Positions 12,410-25,169 of a stretch of 64,000 nt of DNA are shown here, one piece after another (the first letter of the stretch is position 1; each line of letters starts with the position of its first letter). The stretch is from Octopus sinensis (taxonomy: Eukaryota). Made by a program: the position numbers and the translations under genes. The notes beneath the pieces are model-generated. The model saw only the letters and a list, made by a program, of their open reading frames with translations. It was not told the origin of the DNA and searched no databases. The stretch is taken from assembly GCF_006345805.1 (NCBI RefSeq), contig NC_043022.1, positions 20,894,001-20,958,000 of the forward strand, read 5' to 3'.

Positions 12410-12826
12410 GGATCTTTTCGGTTTGAACGGCAGTTTTTTCTAGCGGTGTCATATGAAATTGTCACTCATAATTATAACCCTAGTATCGATCTATTGCATT
12501 TCTATCTATTTTAGGGTTAGGGTTAGGGTGAGGAGAAGGGTATCTTTTTTTCTTCAGAAATGTAAGTAAACCCAATCTCTTTCTTAAACGAGGGACATAT
12601 TCATACGGCACAGAATGTTTTTTTACCTCAATAGACGTCAGTGATTGGTTGAAATTGCAGAAACCGAAGAAAAACAACAACAAATATCTTACAAACCGTA
12701 GAATTTTCTCAATAAAGCCAAGAGAAAAAGATGTTTTATAAACACATTCTACCAGTATACGAAGTTTAAAATTTTTTAGTTACCTAGAAATTATGTTAAA
12801 AACTGCCGTTCAAACCGAAAAGATCC
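12410..12826. mobile_element. GG-terminal MITE family M1 (Merlin-like), contains (TTAGGG)3
   Basis: TIR GGATCTTTTCGGTTTGAACGGCAGTTTT; 8-bp TSD TCATAAAT at 12402-12409 and 12827-12834. Confidence 0.8.
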
Positions 12827-13057
12827 TCATAAATTCTTCGAATTTTAGAAGTAGAGAGATAGTTTATTACTTGACAGGTATTTTTTCGATTCCAAAAAGG
12901 ACGAAATGCAACGTTGATCTCAGTAGGGTTTGAACTCAAAGCATAAAGAGCTAGAACCATTGCCCGAATATTCCTTTCAAATTTTATTACAAGGCCAGAA
13001 ATTCGGGTGAGCGGTTACGTTGATTACATCGACTCCAGTCCTCAATTGGTACTTATT

Positions 13058-13285
13058 GGCGAGCTGGCAGAAACGTTAGCACGTCGGACGAATTGCGTAG
13101 CCGTATTTCCTCTGCCGTTACGTTCTGAGTTCAAATTCCGCCGAGGTCGACTTTTCCTTTCATCCTTTCGGGGTCGATTAATTAAGTACCAGTTACGCAC
13201 TGGGGTCGATGTAATCGACTTAATACCTATGTCTGTTCTTGTTTGTCCCCTCTGTGTTTAGCCCCTTGTGGGTAATAAAGAAATA
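13058..13285 (+). mobile_element. SINE family A nested in an antisense family A copy (12990-13585)
   Basis: TSD GGTACTTATT at 13048-13057 and 13286-13295. Confidence 0.85.
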
Positions 13286-13585
13286 GGTACTTATTTCATC
13301 GACCCCCCAAAGGAATGAAAAGCCAAGTCGACCTCGGTGGAATTTGAACTCAGAACGTGAAGACGGACGAAATACCACGAAGAAGAATTTTGCTCGACGT
13401 GCTAACGATTTTGCCAGTCTGTCGCCTTAATATTGGCCTCTCATCTATTCTAACGACTCCCGAAAAAGAATGAAAGGCAAAGTCGGCATTGGTGGAATTC
13501 GAACTCAGAACGTAACGAGTAGGAAGGGGAAGCCAACCAAGCGTTTTGTCCGACGTGTTAACGATTCTGCCAGCTCTCCGCCTTA

Positions 13586-15290
13586 AACCACCACCACCAC
13601 CACCACAACAACAACAACAATAAACAGCAAGCACTACCGCCAACACCACCATGGCTGGCAACTACTATCTTCATCACTACTAACACTACAACTACTACTT
13701 CACCACGACAACGACCGACGACAGCCGCCACCACCGCCACCACTACCATCGTCACCATCACTACCACCATCGCCACCCCACAACCACCACCTCGCCACCA
13801 CCACCACCACCACCACCACCACTTCCTCCTCCTCTAACATTATCACTAGTTCAGCCACCATCGTCACCACCACCACCGCCGCCGCCACCCCCACCGCCGC
13901 CACCACCACTGCCACCACTACCACCTTCGCCACCGCCGCCGCCACCACCACCACCACCACTACCACTACCAGCACCACCTCCCGCCTCTCCTCCTCCTCT
14001 CTAACATTTAACTCCAGCACTCCTGCTATCACCATTACCACCACCACTCGCACCACCACCGTTACAACCACCACCACCACTGCTACTACCACCACAAGTA
14101 TTTAATTCCACTGCCTCTCGCTATCACTACTACCTCATCTATCACTACCAACACCACAACCACTTCATCAGAAGCGCCATACCACCACTACCAGCAACAA
14201 CACGAACATCGCAACCACCAGCATCCTCACCTTCACCGCCACCTGCATCAACGCCGCCATCCACCACCACCACCACCACTACAACTACCACCGCCACTAC
14301 CACCACCACCACAACTACCACCACCACAACCACTACCACCACTACCACCGCCACTACCACCACCACCACCACTACCACCACCACCACAACTACCACCACC
14401 ACCGCCACTACCACCACCACCACAACTACCACCACCACAACCACCACCACCACCACCATTACCACCACCACCCACCACCACCACTGTCACCACCACCACC
14501 ATTACCACCACCACCACCATCACCACCACCACCACCACCACCATTACCACCACCACCACCACCATACCACCACCACCACCATCACCACCACCACCACCAC
14601 CACCATACCACCACCACCACCACCATACCACCACCACCACCACCACCATTACCACCACACCACCATCACCACCACCACCACCACACCACAACAACCACCA
14701 CCACCACCATTACCATCACCACCACCACCACTGTCACACCACCACCATTACACCACCACCACACCACCACCACACCACTGTCACCACCACCACCATTACC
14801 ACCACACCACCACCACACCACCACCACACCACCACCATCACCACCACCACCACCACCACCACACCACCACCACCACCCACCACCACCACCACCACCACCA
14901 TTACCACCACCACCACACCCACCACCACCACCACCACCATTACCACCACCACACCACCACCACCACCACAACCATTACCACCACCACCACCACCACTGTC
15001 ACCACCACCACCATACCACACCACCACCACCACCACCACCCACCACCACCACTGTCACCACCACCACATTACCACCACCACCACCATCACCACCACCACC
15101 ACCACCACCATTACCACCACCACCACCACCACCACCACCACAACCATTACCACCACCACCACCACCACTGTCACCACCACCACCACCACCATCTCCACCA
15201 CTGTCACCAACACCAGCAACAACAATGACAGCAGCAGCAGTAGCCGCAGCAGCAACATCACGACTGCCGCCGCCGTCACCGCCATCAGAT
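13586..15290. repeat. About 1.7-kb interrupted (ACC)n/(GGT)n trinucleotide tract
   Basis: Direct reading; gives the poly-V, poly-G and poly-W ORFs. Confidence 0.95.
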
Positions 15291-15469
15291 TGCTTAAAGG
15301 AAAAGTAAAAAGGAAGAGAAGCTATGCAAGATAAATACATAACAAAAACAAAAAACATTTATGACAATGAAAAAAAAGGGGGCAGCATTAGAACACGTGA
15401 CAGCGTATGGTATGAAGATAATGATAATAATGATGATGATAATGATGATGATTGTGATCCTTTCTGTTA

Positions 15470-15994
15470 TAGGCTCAAGGCCTGAAGTTTTGGGGGGGAG
15501 GGGGCTAGTCGATTACATCGAGCCCCAGAATTTCACTGGTACTTAATGTAATGACCCCGAAAGGATGAAAGGCAAAGTCGACCTCGGCGGAATTACTACC
15601 CACGAGGGGCTAAACACAGAGAGGACAAAAAAGGACAGACAAACGGATTAAGCCGATTATATCGACCCCAGTGCGTAACTGGTACTTATTTAATCGACCC
15701 CGAAAGGATGAAAGGCAAAGTCGACCTCGGCGGAATTTGAGCTCAGAACGACGGGCGAAATATCTATTTCTTTACTACCCACGAGGGGCTAAACACAGAG
15801 AGGACAAAAAAGGACAGACAAACGGATTAAGCCGATTATATCGACCCCAGTGCGTAACTGGTACTTATTTAATCGACCCCGAAAGGATGAAAGGCAAAGT
15901 CGACCTCCGCGAAATTTGAACTCAGAACGACGGGCGAAATACCGCTAAGCATTTCACATGACATGCTTAACGATTCTGCCAGCTCGCCGCCTTT
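15470..15994 (-). mobile_element. SINE family A tandem array
   Basis: Repeated units; head GGCGGCGAGCTGGCAGAATC at the right end. Confidence 0.85.
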
Positions 15995-16013
15995 AATAAT
16001 AATAATAATAATG

Positions 16014-16070
<57 letters not shown>

Positions 16071-16173
16071 GTGCCTAGTATACTCTTATCAGACGGGTAG
16101 TCATGATGGGTATACTGGGCTTCGTATATTTTACCCCAGTGTCACTTTGATGGCATGCACTGCTCTCTCACTC
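16071..16173 (+). mobile_element. 5'-truncated retroposon T embedded in (TAA)n
   Basis: Shares its 3' end (..GCATGCACTGCTCTCTCACTC-AATAAT) with 17920-18051 and 18438-18978; (AAT)n on both sides. Confidence 0.75.
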
Positions 16174-16221
<48 letters not shown>

Positions 16222-16254
16222 TAATAATAATAATGATAATAATACTTCTTTCTA

Positions 16255-16624
16255 CTGGTGGCACAAGGTCTCAAATTTGTGGGGTGGACACTAATCAATT
16301 ATGTCGACTCCAGTGTTTCATTGGTACTTGATTTATCGACCCGAAAGTGTGAAAGGTAATTTGAACTCAGAATATAGCGACGGGTGAAATACCTATTTCT
16401 TTCCTACCCACAAGGGGCTAAACACAGAGGGAACAAACAAGGACAGACAAACGGATTAAGTCGATTACATCGACCCCAGTGCGTAACTGGTACTTAATTT
16501 ATCGACCCCGAAAGGATGAAAGGTAAAGTCGACCTCGGCGGAATTTGAACTCAGAACATAGCGGCAGACGAAATACGGCTAAGCATTTCGCCCGGCGTGC
16601 TAACGATTCTGCCAGCTCACCGAC
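16255..16624 (-). mobile_element. SINE family A, two units
   Basis: Family A body and tail on the minus strand. Confidence 0.85.
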
Positions 16625-16627
16625 TTA

Positions 16628-16676
<49 letters not shown>

Positions 16677-16867
16677 GAAGAAGAGAAGAAGAAGAAGAAG
16701 AAGAAGAAGATGAAGAAGAAAAGGGGAGGAATGAGGGAAAAAGAAGAATGAAAAGAAGAAGGAGAAAGAGGAGAAGAAGAGGAAGATAGGAATAAGAAGA
16801 GAGTGAAGGGGCAGAGAAGAAAAAGAGGTGGCAAGAAGAAGAAGAAGAAAAAGAAGAAGGAGAAGAA

Positions 16868-16927
<60 letters not shown>

Positions 16928-16980
16928 GAAGAAGAAGAAGAACAACAACAACAACAGCAACAACAACATCGCCACCAACA
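16625..16980. repeat. Compound (AAT)n(AAG)n(GAT)n(AAC)n tract
   Basis: Direct reading. Confidence 0.95.
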
Positions 16981-17699
16981 AGAGTTTATTTAGTAAAAAA
17001 AAGAAAAGAGAGAGAAAAAAAAACACCTACCCGTTTACTGTTTACCTTTGTGTTACAGTACCCCGTGGGGTACTTTTATCTGGTCATTAAGGTAAAAAGT
17101 ATTAGAGCAGCGTTTCAACAAAGGAACCGTGTGTGAGACGCCAGGAACATAATGAATAAGTTCATTTAAGACACCTCATCACATGATTGTGACGATGGCT
17201 GATTAAAAACGGGTAATGCCTGCAGGGTACGGTTTTCTACGTTCTACATCCATCACCCGGTACTCGGTTAAAGGTGGAGCAGGTGTAGAAAGCTAACGAG
17301 CCAACAGGTTGTTTTTTTTCTATTTTGTTTTGTTTCTTGAGCAACATGAAATAGTTTCTTCTTGTTTTTTTTTTTAAAAAAACTTGCTTCAGTGATTGGA
17401 TTGCGGCCATGCTTGAGCATCGCCTTGGACAATTTCTAGTCGAACGAATCAACCGCAGTACTTATCATCATTATTATTATTATTACTTTTTTTTTTCTTC
17501 TTTCAAATTTGCTTCCATTTCTTGCCGAGTGTCTTCCCGACTCCTAGGGCAAAGAAACTCATAGTATACATTGGTAGGCCATTAAACCAAACTCGTTCGT
17601 TCATTTTTTTTTTTTTAAGTTAAATTAAAATACATGAGCAGCAACAGTTCTCACATCGACAATGCTCTTCTCAATACGTGTGATGTACCAGTTAAGACA

Positions 17700-17750
<51 letters not shown>

Positions 17751-17790
17751 CATCATCATCATCAGCAGCAGCAGCATCAGTATCATCATC

Positions 17791-17821
<31 letters not shown>

Positions 17822-17847
17822 GCATCATCATCACCCCCCACACCACC

Positions 17848-17912
<65 letters not shown>

Positions 17913-17919
17913 TATCATT
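17700..17919. repeat. Compound (ATT)n(CAT)n(CAC)n tract
   Basis: Direct reading. Confidence 0.95.
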
Positions 17920-18051
17920 GAGTGAGAGAACAGCGCATGCCATCAAAGTGACACTGGGGTACAGATATACGAAGCCCAATATACCCATCATGATTATCTC
18001 TCTGATAAGGGTACACCAGGCACATGCATCACAACCATATGTGCTCTACAC
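17920..18051 (-). mobile_element. 5'-truncated retroposon T, second copy
   Basis: Reverse complement of 16071-16173 plus about 30 bp; (ATT)n follows at 18052-18239. Confidence 0.8.
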
Positions 18052-18108
<57 letters not shown>

Positions 18109-18114
18109 CATTTA

Positions 18115-18150
<36 letters not shown>

Positions 18151-18185
18151 CATTATTATTATTATCATTATTATTATTATTATTA

Positions 18186-18239
<54 letters not shown>

Positions 18240-18380
18240 GTCAAGACTAAGAGCGCGATTCGGTTGTAAGATATTTTATTAGTTGAGACATACTCTTGAA
18301 ACGTCGTTCAACTAATAGAATATCTGACAATCGAATCGCGCTCTTCGTCTTGACTGTTTACCTTTGTGAGAGATACGTCA

Positions 18381-18437
<57 letters not shown>

Positions 18438-18978
18438 GGGTGAGAGAGCAATACATACCATCAAAGTGACACTGAGGTACAATTATACGAAGCCCAATAC
18501 ACCCATTATCACTACCCGTCCGATAAGGGTACACCAGGCACATGCATCACAACCATGCGTGACATGGTGATCTCATATCAAGATAAACAGTGCATGACCT
18601 TGCAGGTGGGGGCCCTGTTAGAATTTTCTTCAGCTCGAGTAGCCCATCCCGCATAAAGGTCCCCGAATTAGGTTTGTTTAAGGATGTTGAACGAAACACC
18701 CATGTTTCCAGAGGTAAATTATTCAAACCCCAAAGGATCTCTCTAAACACAAGGCTATGATTTCCCCTACTATTCCTGCTCGTGATCAGAGATGCACATA
18801 TCATCAGCCACTAAGGGACATGCTCAACTGGTTACGGTCAAACAACTGACAAGCAAATCTTTGGTATTGGGCAGAAAGTTTGCTGTAGGCCATCTTTTAT
18901 ACCAGGACAATACGATGTCCATTATAACACTTCCAATCAGTTAAGATCAGAAGCCATGAGAGCCACTGCCTCGTACTG
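18438..18978 (-). mobile_element. Retroposon T, longest copy (about 540 bp), (AAT)n tail
   Basis: Same 3' end as the two short copies; tail is (ATT)n at 18382-18437. Confidence 0.8.
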
Positions 18979-19854
18979 TTAATCTTCTATTCTTTTATTC
19001 TTTTACTTGTTCCAGACATTTGATTGCGGCCATGCTGGAGCACCGCCTTTAGTCGAACAAATCGACCCAAGGACTTATTCTTTATAAGCCTAGTACTTAT
19101 TCTATCGTCTCTTTTGCCAAACAAATACAAGCCAGATTACAAAATAGAAAGCTGTGATTCGTCGTCTCTCTCCATTGCACCAATCACAGCCAGTCTTTAG
19201 TTCAAATATCCCTGTATCTGCTTTTTTGCTATTTTACGCTTATTTTGTTGTTCCTAGACTAGAAAATAATATTTATTATTATTTTAATGGATTTAATGAA
19301 AAATTTTAGGTGTTCATATATATATATATTTAAAATCCGCGAAATTGTGAATCCACGATAGTTGAACCGCGAAGTAGCAAGCGATCACTGTATTACTTCA
19401 TGGATAGTGCGGAAATGCGCAAAAATAAAAGGGGTCTCCAAAGGTCTTTTGCATAATTTCAACGCCACCGGCCCACGAAGGGTTAAAAGGGGTCTGTGGG
19501 AAAAGTAATTTAAATCGTAGGGTTGGAAAGCACTGTCGGGAACCCCTGCGGAAAGGTTGGGAACCACTGGGCTAGGGTTCAGTCCTAGGGTTCAGAAGTG
19601 TCGAACAAATTGACCCCAGTTCTGTTTTTCTTTTTAAAGTCCGGCATTTATTTTATCGGTCACTTTTATCGAAACGCTAACTGTCGGAGACGTAAACAAT
19701 CTAGCACAGCTTGAAAAACGTTGCTAGGAAACAAACACAATCATAACACACATACAGACGCGTACATACATATACACACACACACACACACATATATATA
19801 CATAAACCCCCATATATGTATGTATGTATGTATATATATGTAAGTATGTATGTG

Positions 19855-19933
<79 letters not shown>

Positions 19934-19957
19934 TATATATATTTATTTATATGCATG

Positions 19958-19988
<31 letters not shown>

Positions 19989-20126
19989 ATATATACTCTC
20001 TCTTTTACTCTTTCACTTGTTTCAGTCATTTGACTGCGGCCATGCTGGAGCACCGCCTTAGTCGAGCAACTCGACCCTGGGACTTATTCTTTGTAAGCCC
20101 AGTACTTATTCGATCGTTCTCTTTTT

Positions 20127-20167
<41 letters not shown>

Positions 20168-20169
<2 letters not shown>

Positions 20170-20360
20170 CGGGAAGCTTTATGAAAATAGACAAAAGACG
20201 AAGGCAGGTTTACGGAAATAAACAAAAGACGAAGGCAGGTGGAATACAAACAAACAATTGTATTAGTATGGCGCTCAGGAAATATAAATAAAACAAGTCT
20301 TTAACGTTTCGAGCCTACGCTCTTCAACAGAAAGATACACAGAGAAGAAACACAGAAAGA
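20168..20360 (-). mobile_element. Penelope-like terminal remnant (family P2) with hammerhead-like fold
   Basis: (TA)n on both sides; minus strand TCTTT-CTGTTGA-A-GAGC-GTAG-GCTC-GAAA-CGTT-AAAGA at 20298-20335. Confidence 0.55.
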
Positions 20361-20704
20361 AATATATATATATATATATAACAAGGTAGTCAGAATGTTG
20401 GATGATTATATATATTTTTATTTACATTTTTAGCGCTTACTTCCGTTATCGGATTTATCAAAAGAGTGGTTTACAGTAAGTTTGTTTCGCCTTTTTATAT
20501 AAAATTGAAACTGATATTTTACGTATACGACAGGCGTTTTTCGGTTTCCATCTACCAAATCCACTCACATGGCTTTGCTCGGACTAGATGCTGCGCAGTA
20601 GGACTGAACCCGAGATTACATGGCTGAGAAGCAGGCTATTTAACCACACAGCTATGCCTGTGCCTAGCTGTTGATGGCTGTCAGATTAATTTTGCGCGCG
20701 TGGT

Positions 20705-20916
20705 ACTCTTTTACTCTCTTTTATTTGTTTCAGTCATTTGACTGCGGCCATGCTGGAGCACCGCCTTTAGTCGAGCAAATCGACCCCGGGACTTATTCTT
20801 TGTAAGCCCAGTACTTATTCTATCGGTCTCTTTTGCCGAACCGCTAAGTGACGGGGACGTAAACACACCAGCATCGGTTGTCAAGCAATGCTAGGGGGAC
20901 AAACACAGACACACAA

Positions 20917-20949
<33 letters not shown>

Positions 20950-21119
20950 CATATATACGACAGGCTTCTTTCAGTTTCCGTCTACCAAATCCACTCACAA
21001 GGCATTGGTCGGTCCGGGGCTGTAGCAGAAGACACTTGCCCAAGATGCCATGCAGTGGGACTGAACCCGGAACCATGTGGTTGGTTAGCAAGCTAGTTAC
21101 CACACAGCCACTCCTGCGC
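20705..21119 (-). mobile_element. SINE family B, full length
   Basis: Minus-strand head GCGCAGGAGTGGCTGTGTGG through tail GCAGTCAAATGACTGAAACAAATAAAAGAG. Confidence 0.92.
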
Positions 21120-21734
21120 GTTACGATTCGTTTGATTGTTGCTTACAATACGCATTGTTTTTGATGGAAATAGGTGAGAATTGCTGGTATCTTTTTATAT
21201 GTAAGATCCCACACAATGTAAGATACATGCTGGCCCTGAACAAATATAAAAAATAAAGAGAAGAAAAGACAAAAAAACAAAACGATAAAAAGCCAGAAAA
21301 CTGGGCAGTAACAAAAAGAAGCTACAGTTCCGTTTCTGAGTATTTCCTGTTGAATGAACCCTAAAAGTACCACATGGAAATCTGCTGTTGTGGGCGAGAG
21401 AAATATATTAACTTTATCACACAGCTGAGATAAAAAAAAAATAATAATATATAAACATAAAGCTGTTAGATGCGAAAGAAGTTTAGACCAGCGTTAACCG
21501 AGGCCTGCACCTATCCGTGAAGAACTGGTTGTGACCTTCCTGGTTACATCAATTCTTATCTGGTTTTGAAACGAGTACTTCTAACCTAATTCTCACTGTC
21601 TGAACTATGATGCGAACGTGTACCGAACTGATAAGCTGAAAGCGATTCACCCAAATCTCTATTTCTCTGTTTTCTGGGGTTTTTTTTTTCCCACTGTTAA
21701 TCCTTAAAACAGTAAGGCTGAAATATTAACATGG

Positions 21735-22435
21735 CGGAGCTGACAGAATCGTTAGCAAAGGCGGCGAGCTGGCAGAATCGTTAGCACGCCGGACGAAATG
21801 CTTAGCGGAAATTCGACTGCTACTACCTTCTGAGTTCAAATTCCGCCGTGGTCGACTTTGCCTTTTATCCTTTCGGGATCGATTAAATAAGTACCAGTTA
21901 CGCACTGAGGACGATATGATCGACTTAATCCCTTTGTTTGTCCTTGTTTGTCCCCTCTGTGTTTAGCCCCTTGTGGGTAGTAAAGAAATAAGAATCGTTA
22001 GCACGCCGGGCGAAATGCTTAGCGGTATTTCTGAGTTCTGAGTTCAAATTCCGCTGAGGTCGACTTAGCCTTTCATCCTTTCGGAGTCAATAAATTAAGT
22101 AATAGTTACGCACTTGGGATCGATATAATCGATTTAATCCATTTGTTTGTCCTTGTTTGTCACCTCTATGTTTAGCCCCTTGTGGACAATAATGAAATAA
22201 GAAACGTTAGCACGCCGGGCGAAAAAAAAAAGAAAAAAAGAATCGTTAGAATGCCGGGTAAAATGCTTAGCGGCATTTCGCCTGTCTTTACGTTCTGAGT
22301 TCAAAATCTACCATGGTCGACATAACCTTTCATCTTCTCGGATTCTATAAAATAAGTACCAGTTCATCACTCGGGCGATGTAATCGAATTAACCCCTCCC
22401 CGAAATTGCTGGCTTTGTGCCAAAATTTGAAACTA
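21735..22435 (+). mobile_element. SINE family A nested/tandem cluster
   Basis: AGAATCGTTAGCA occurs at 21744-21756 and again after the tail of the next copy (nested-insertion TSD); further units to 22435. Confidence 0.85.
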
Positions 22436-22448
22436 ATATATACAGATA

Positions 22449-22835
22449 GGCGTAGGAGTGAGTGTGTGGTAAGTAGCTTGCTTACGAACCACATGCTTCC
22501 AGGTTCAGACCCACTGCGTGGCACCTTGGGCCGACCAAAGCCTTGTGAGTGGATTTGGTAGACGGAAACTGAAAGAAGCTCGTCGTATATATGTATATGT
22601 ACATATGTATATGTGTGTATATGTTTGTGTGTCTGTGTTTGTTCCCCCAACATCGCTTGACAACAGTTGCTGGTGTGTTTACGTCCCCGTAACTAAGCAG
22701 TTCGGCAAAAGGGACCGATAGAATAAGTACTTGGCTTACAAAGAATAAGTCCTGGGAGTCGATTTGCTCGACTAAAGGTGGTACTCCAGCATGGCCGCAG
22801 TCAAATGACTGAAACAAGTAAAAGAGTAAAAGAGA
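22449..22835 (+). mobile_element. SINE family B with a small internal deletion
   Basis: Head GGCGTAGGAGTG to tail AAGAGTAAAAGAGAG. Confidence 0.88.
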
Positions 22836-23167
22836 GTATATACGTATCGTTGTATTCAAGCATGGGGGCCAAAAAAATTTACTCTTTTTTCACCCTTTTC
22901 TGTCCCTTTTTTTAGAATGATCTGATCTTGATAAAAAGCGGAATAAGCAAATCCCTTGCACAACCCATACAATGAAGTATTTAAAGTGATAATGGCTTCT
23001 GTGAGACCATTCACACTTTTTCGCACTACTAATATTAACATCGGAAGCAAAGGTTTTTCATAGATCCCTAATATGATACTGTGAATCTCCAATTTACTAT
23101 TTTGATTGTGCGGACCCCCTCCAAAATCTTATATGAACACCTAGGGGTCATATGGATCTGGTTGAGA

Positions 23168-23426
23168 ACCACTTTCTAACCACATGTGCTCTCCATCGTA
23201 GCCGTTCCCGTACCAGCCCCTCGGCATCCTCCAAGGAGACGCCGAGCCTTCGGGGATTTTCCTTAATCATGTCCAACCATCTGGTGCAGGGGCCTGCCAC
23301 CAGGCCCCTACCAACCCGCAGCTGCTGTGTCGAATGAGAGTAAAACCCTGGTAAGCTGATCTAGCGGGAGACGGGAGGACGTGTCCGTACCAGCGCATGC
23401 GACGGATAGCTATGAGGTGGGAAGAA
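23168..23426 (-). pseudogene. RTE-clade LINE ORF2 C-terminal remnant
   Basis: Manual minus-strand translation across frameshifts: IRRMRWYGHVL..GGRPCTRWLDMIKENPRRLGVSLEDAEGLVRERLRWRAHV, matching RTE motifs RRLRWxGHV and GRPxxRWxD..DRxxWR. Confidence 0.75.
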
Positions 23427-23657
23427 AGGCGGCGAGCTGACAGAAACGTTAGCGCCCCGGGCGAAATGCTTAGCGGTATTTCGTCTGACGTTACGTTCTG
23501 AGTTCAAATTCCGCCGAGGTAGACTTTGCCTTTCATCCTTTCGGGGTCGATAAATAAAGTACCAGTTTCGCACTGGAGTACATGTAATCGATTTAATCCA
23601 TTTATCTGTCCTTGTTTGTCCCCTCTATATTTAGCCCCTTGTGGGTAGTAAAGAAAT
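23427..23657 (+). mobile_element. SINE family A inserted in the RTE remnant
   Basis: 17-bp TSD TATGAGGTGGGAAGAAA on both sides. Confidence 0.9.
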
Positions 23658-23810
23658 ATATGAGGTGGGAAGAAATCTTATTGTTTATTGGTAATTAAAA
23701 CCATATTTTACTCATTCAGTATCACTGGGTGCATGTGACGAACTGTCTTTTTCCATGCTTTCAATTTGAAGGTTAACTGAATAACTGAAGAAATCATTCC
23801 CCTGTTAACG

Positions 23811-23905
23811 AATGCTAGAGAGTAAAGCCCTGGTATGATGATCTAAAGGGAAGCGGGGGACATGTCCGTACCAGCGCATGTGACGGATAAATATGAGGTG
23901 GGAGG
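23811..23905 (-). pseudogene. Second, diverged copy of the same RTE segment
   Basis: Minus strand SHLIFIRHMRWYGHV; nucleotide similarity to 23332-23426. Confidence 0.65.
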
Positions 23906-24821
23906 TTGCAGTGAAATTTATTTAAAAAGACATCGAAAAATAATTACGAGATTCATTATCTGTACAAAATTGCGATATTTATCAAAAAGAACATTGTTTT
24001 TAGGTTACAAAGCAACGTGACTAAAAGAATAAAAAATTAAACTGCTTTGTCATCAAACGTCTAAATTCAAGTTTGTTCTGCAAGATAGTCGTCTGTCTAT
24101 CACAACTTGTACTATTATGAATAATGGGGTTTTGGGAGTGAATGATAAAAAAAGTTTTCTGTTCCCTGTTGATAATAAGAGCTCTGAACCGCTCCTTTCA
24201 ATTTCTCAATGATAGATTGTTCTAGGGTCTATCATTTAGTCGGACATTTGGGCTGTTTCTAACAACTTGAACGATTTACGATTAACAGTGCTTGTTAATC
24301 GACAAAAATTCTGTAACTTCGGAAATTGGAGTGTGTAGGAATAGTTGAATGCGTATGGTAGTAGTGGAAATGGTACACCCCTCCTACGGGACAGCCAAGG
24401 GAGTTGTGTGTCAATTACTGTAGGAGTCGTTGTACAAGTTCTCAGTTGGAGTTGAGTGTCAGTTACGCGTTATAATCGAGTTCGAGTCACAGTCAAGGTA
24501 GACGGTTCAAATTTCGTGTCTTGCAGAGCTATCAGATAGACAAAGCGGTTTGCTACCATTCCGATATAGAAGAGATACACTGTATCCGATACCAAGAAAA
24601 TATCGTGGCTACTAGAGTAGATGCAGCAGTTACAGTTACCACAGTGACCACACATTTTAACTGTGGAAAACACCACATAGTAAAAGCACGAAGCTTTTAG
24701 TAGCGCTTTCATAAATGTGCATTTAACTGCCCAATGTCCAGTGTCCTGGTTTTTAAAATATAACTCATAAACGGAACCTGAAAGATTGCTCGCTGATGAC
24801 ATGGCTTTTTTTTATAATTCT

Positions 24822-25085
24822 GCGTGGTTTAGTGGTTAGGAGCATTCGGTTCACGATCGTAAAGTCATGAGTTCAATTCCCGGCGGCCTGTTGTGTTCTT
24901 GAGCAAGACACTTTATTTCACGTTGCTCCAGTCCACTCAGCTGGCAAAAATGAGTAGTACCTGTATTTCAAAGGGCCAGCCTTGTCACACTGTGTCACGC
25001 TGAATCTCCCCGAGAACTACGTTAAGGGTACACGTGTTTGTGGAGTGCTCAGCCACTTGCTTGCACGTAAATTTCACGAGCAAGC
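24822..25085 (+). mobile_element. SINE family C with the shared C/D tail, running into (CTAT)n/(CCAT)n/(ACAT)n
   Basis: GCGTGGTTTAGTGGTTAG..GAGTTCAATTCCC (A/B boxes); tail GTATTTCAAAGGGCCAGCCTTGTCACAC. Confidence 0.85.
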
Positions 25086-25099
25086 TGTACCTACCTATC

Positions 25100-25169
<70 letters not shown>

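Noticed and set aside
24793-24800. Other CTGATGA heptamers (24796, 57457, 58375) as hammerheads
   Set aside because: No stem II plus GAAA and no closing stem I at suitable spacing
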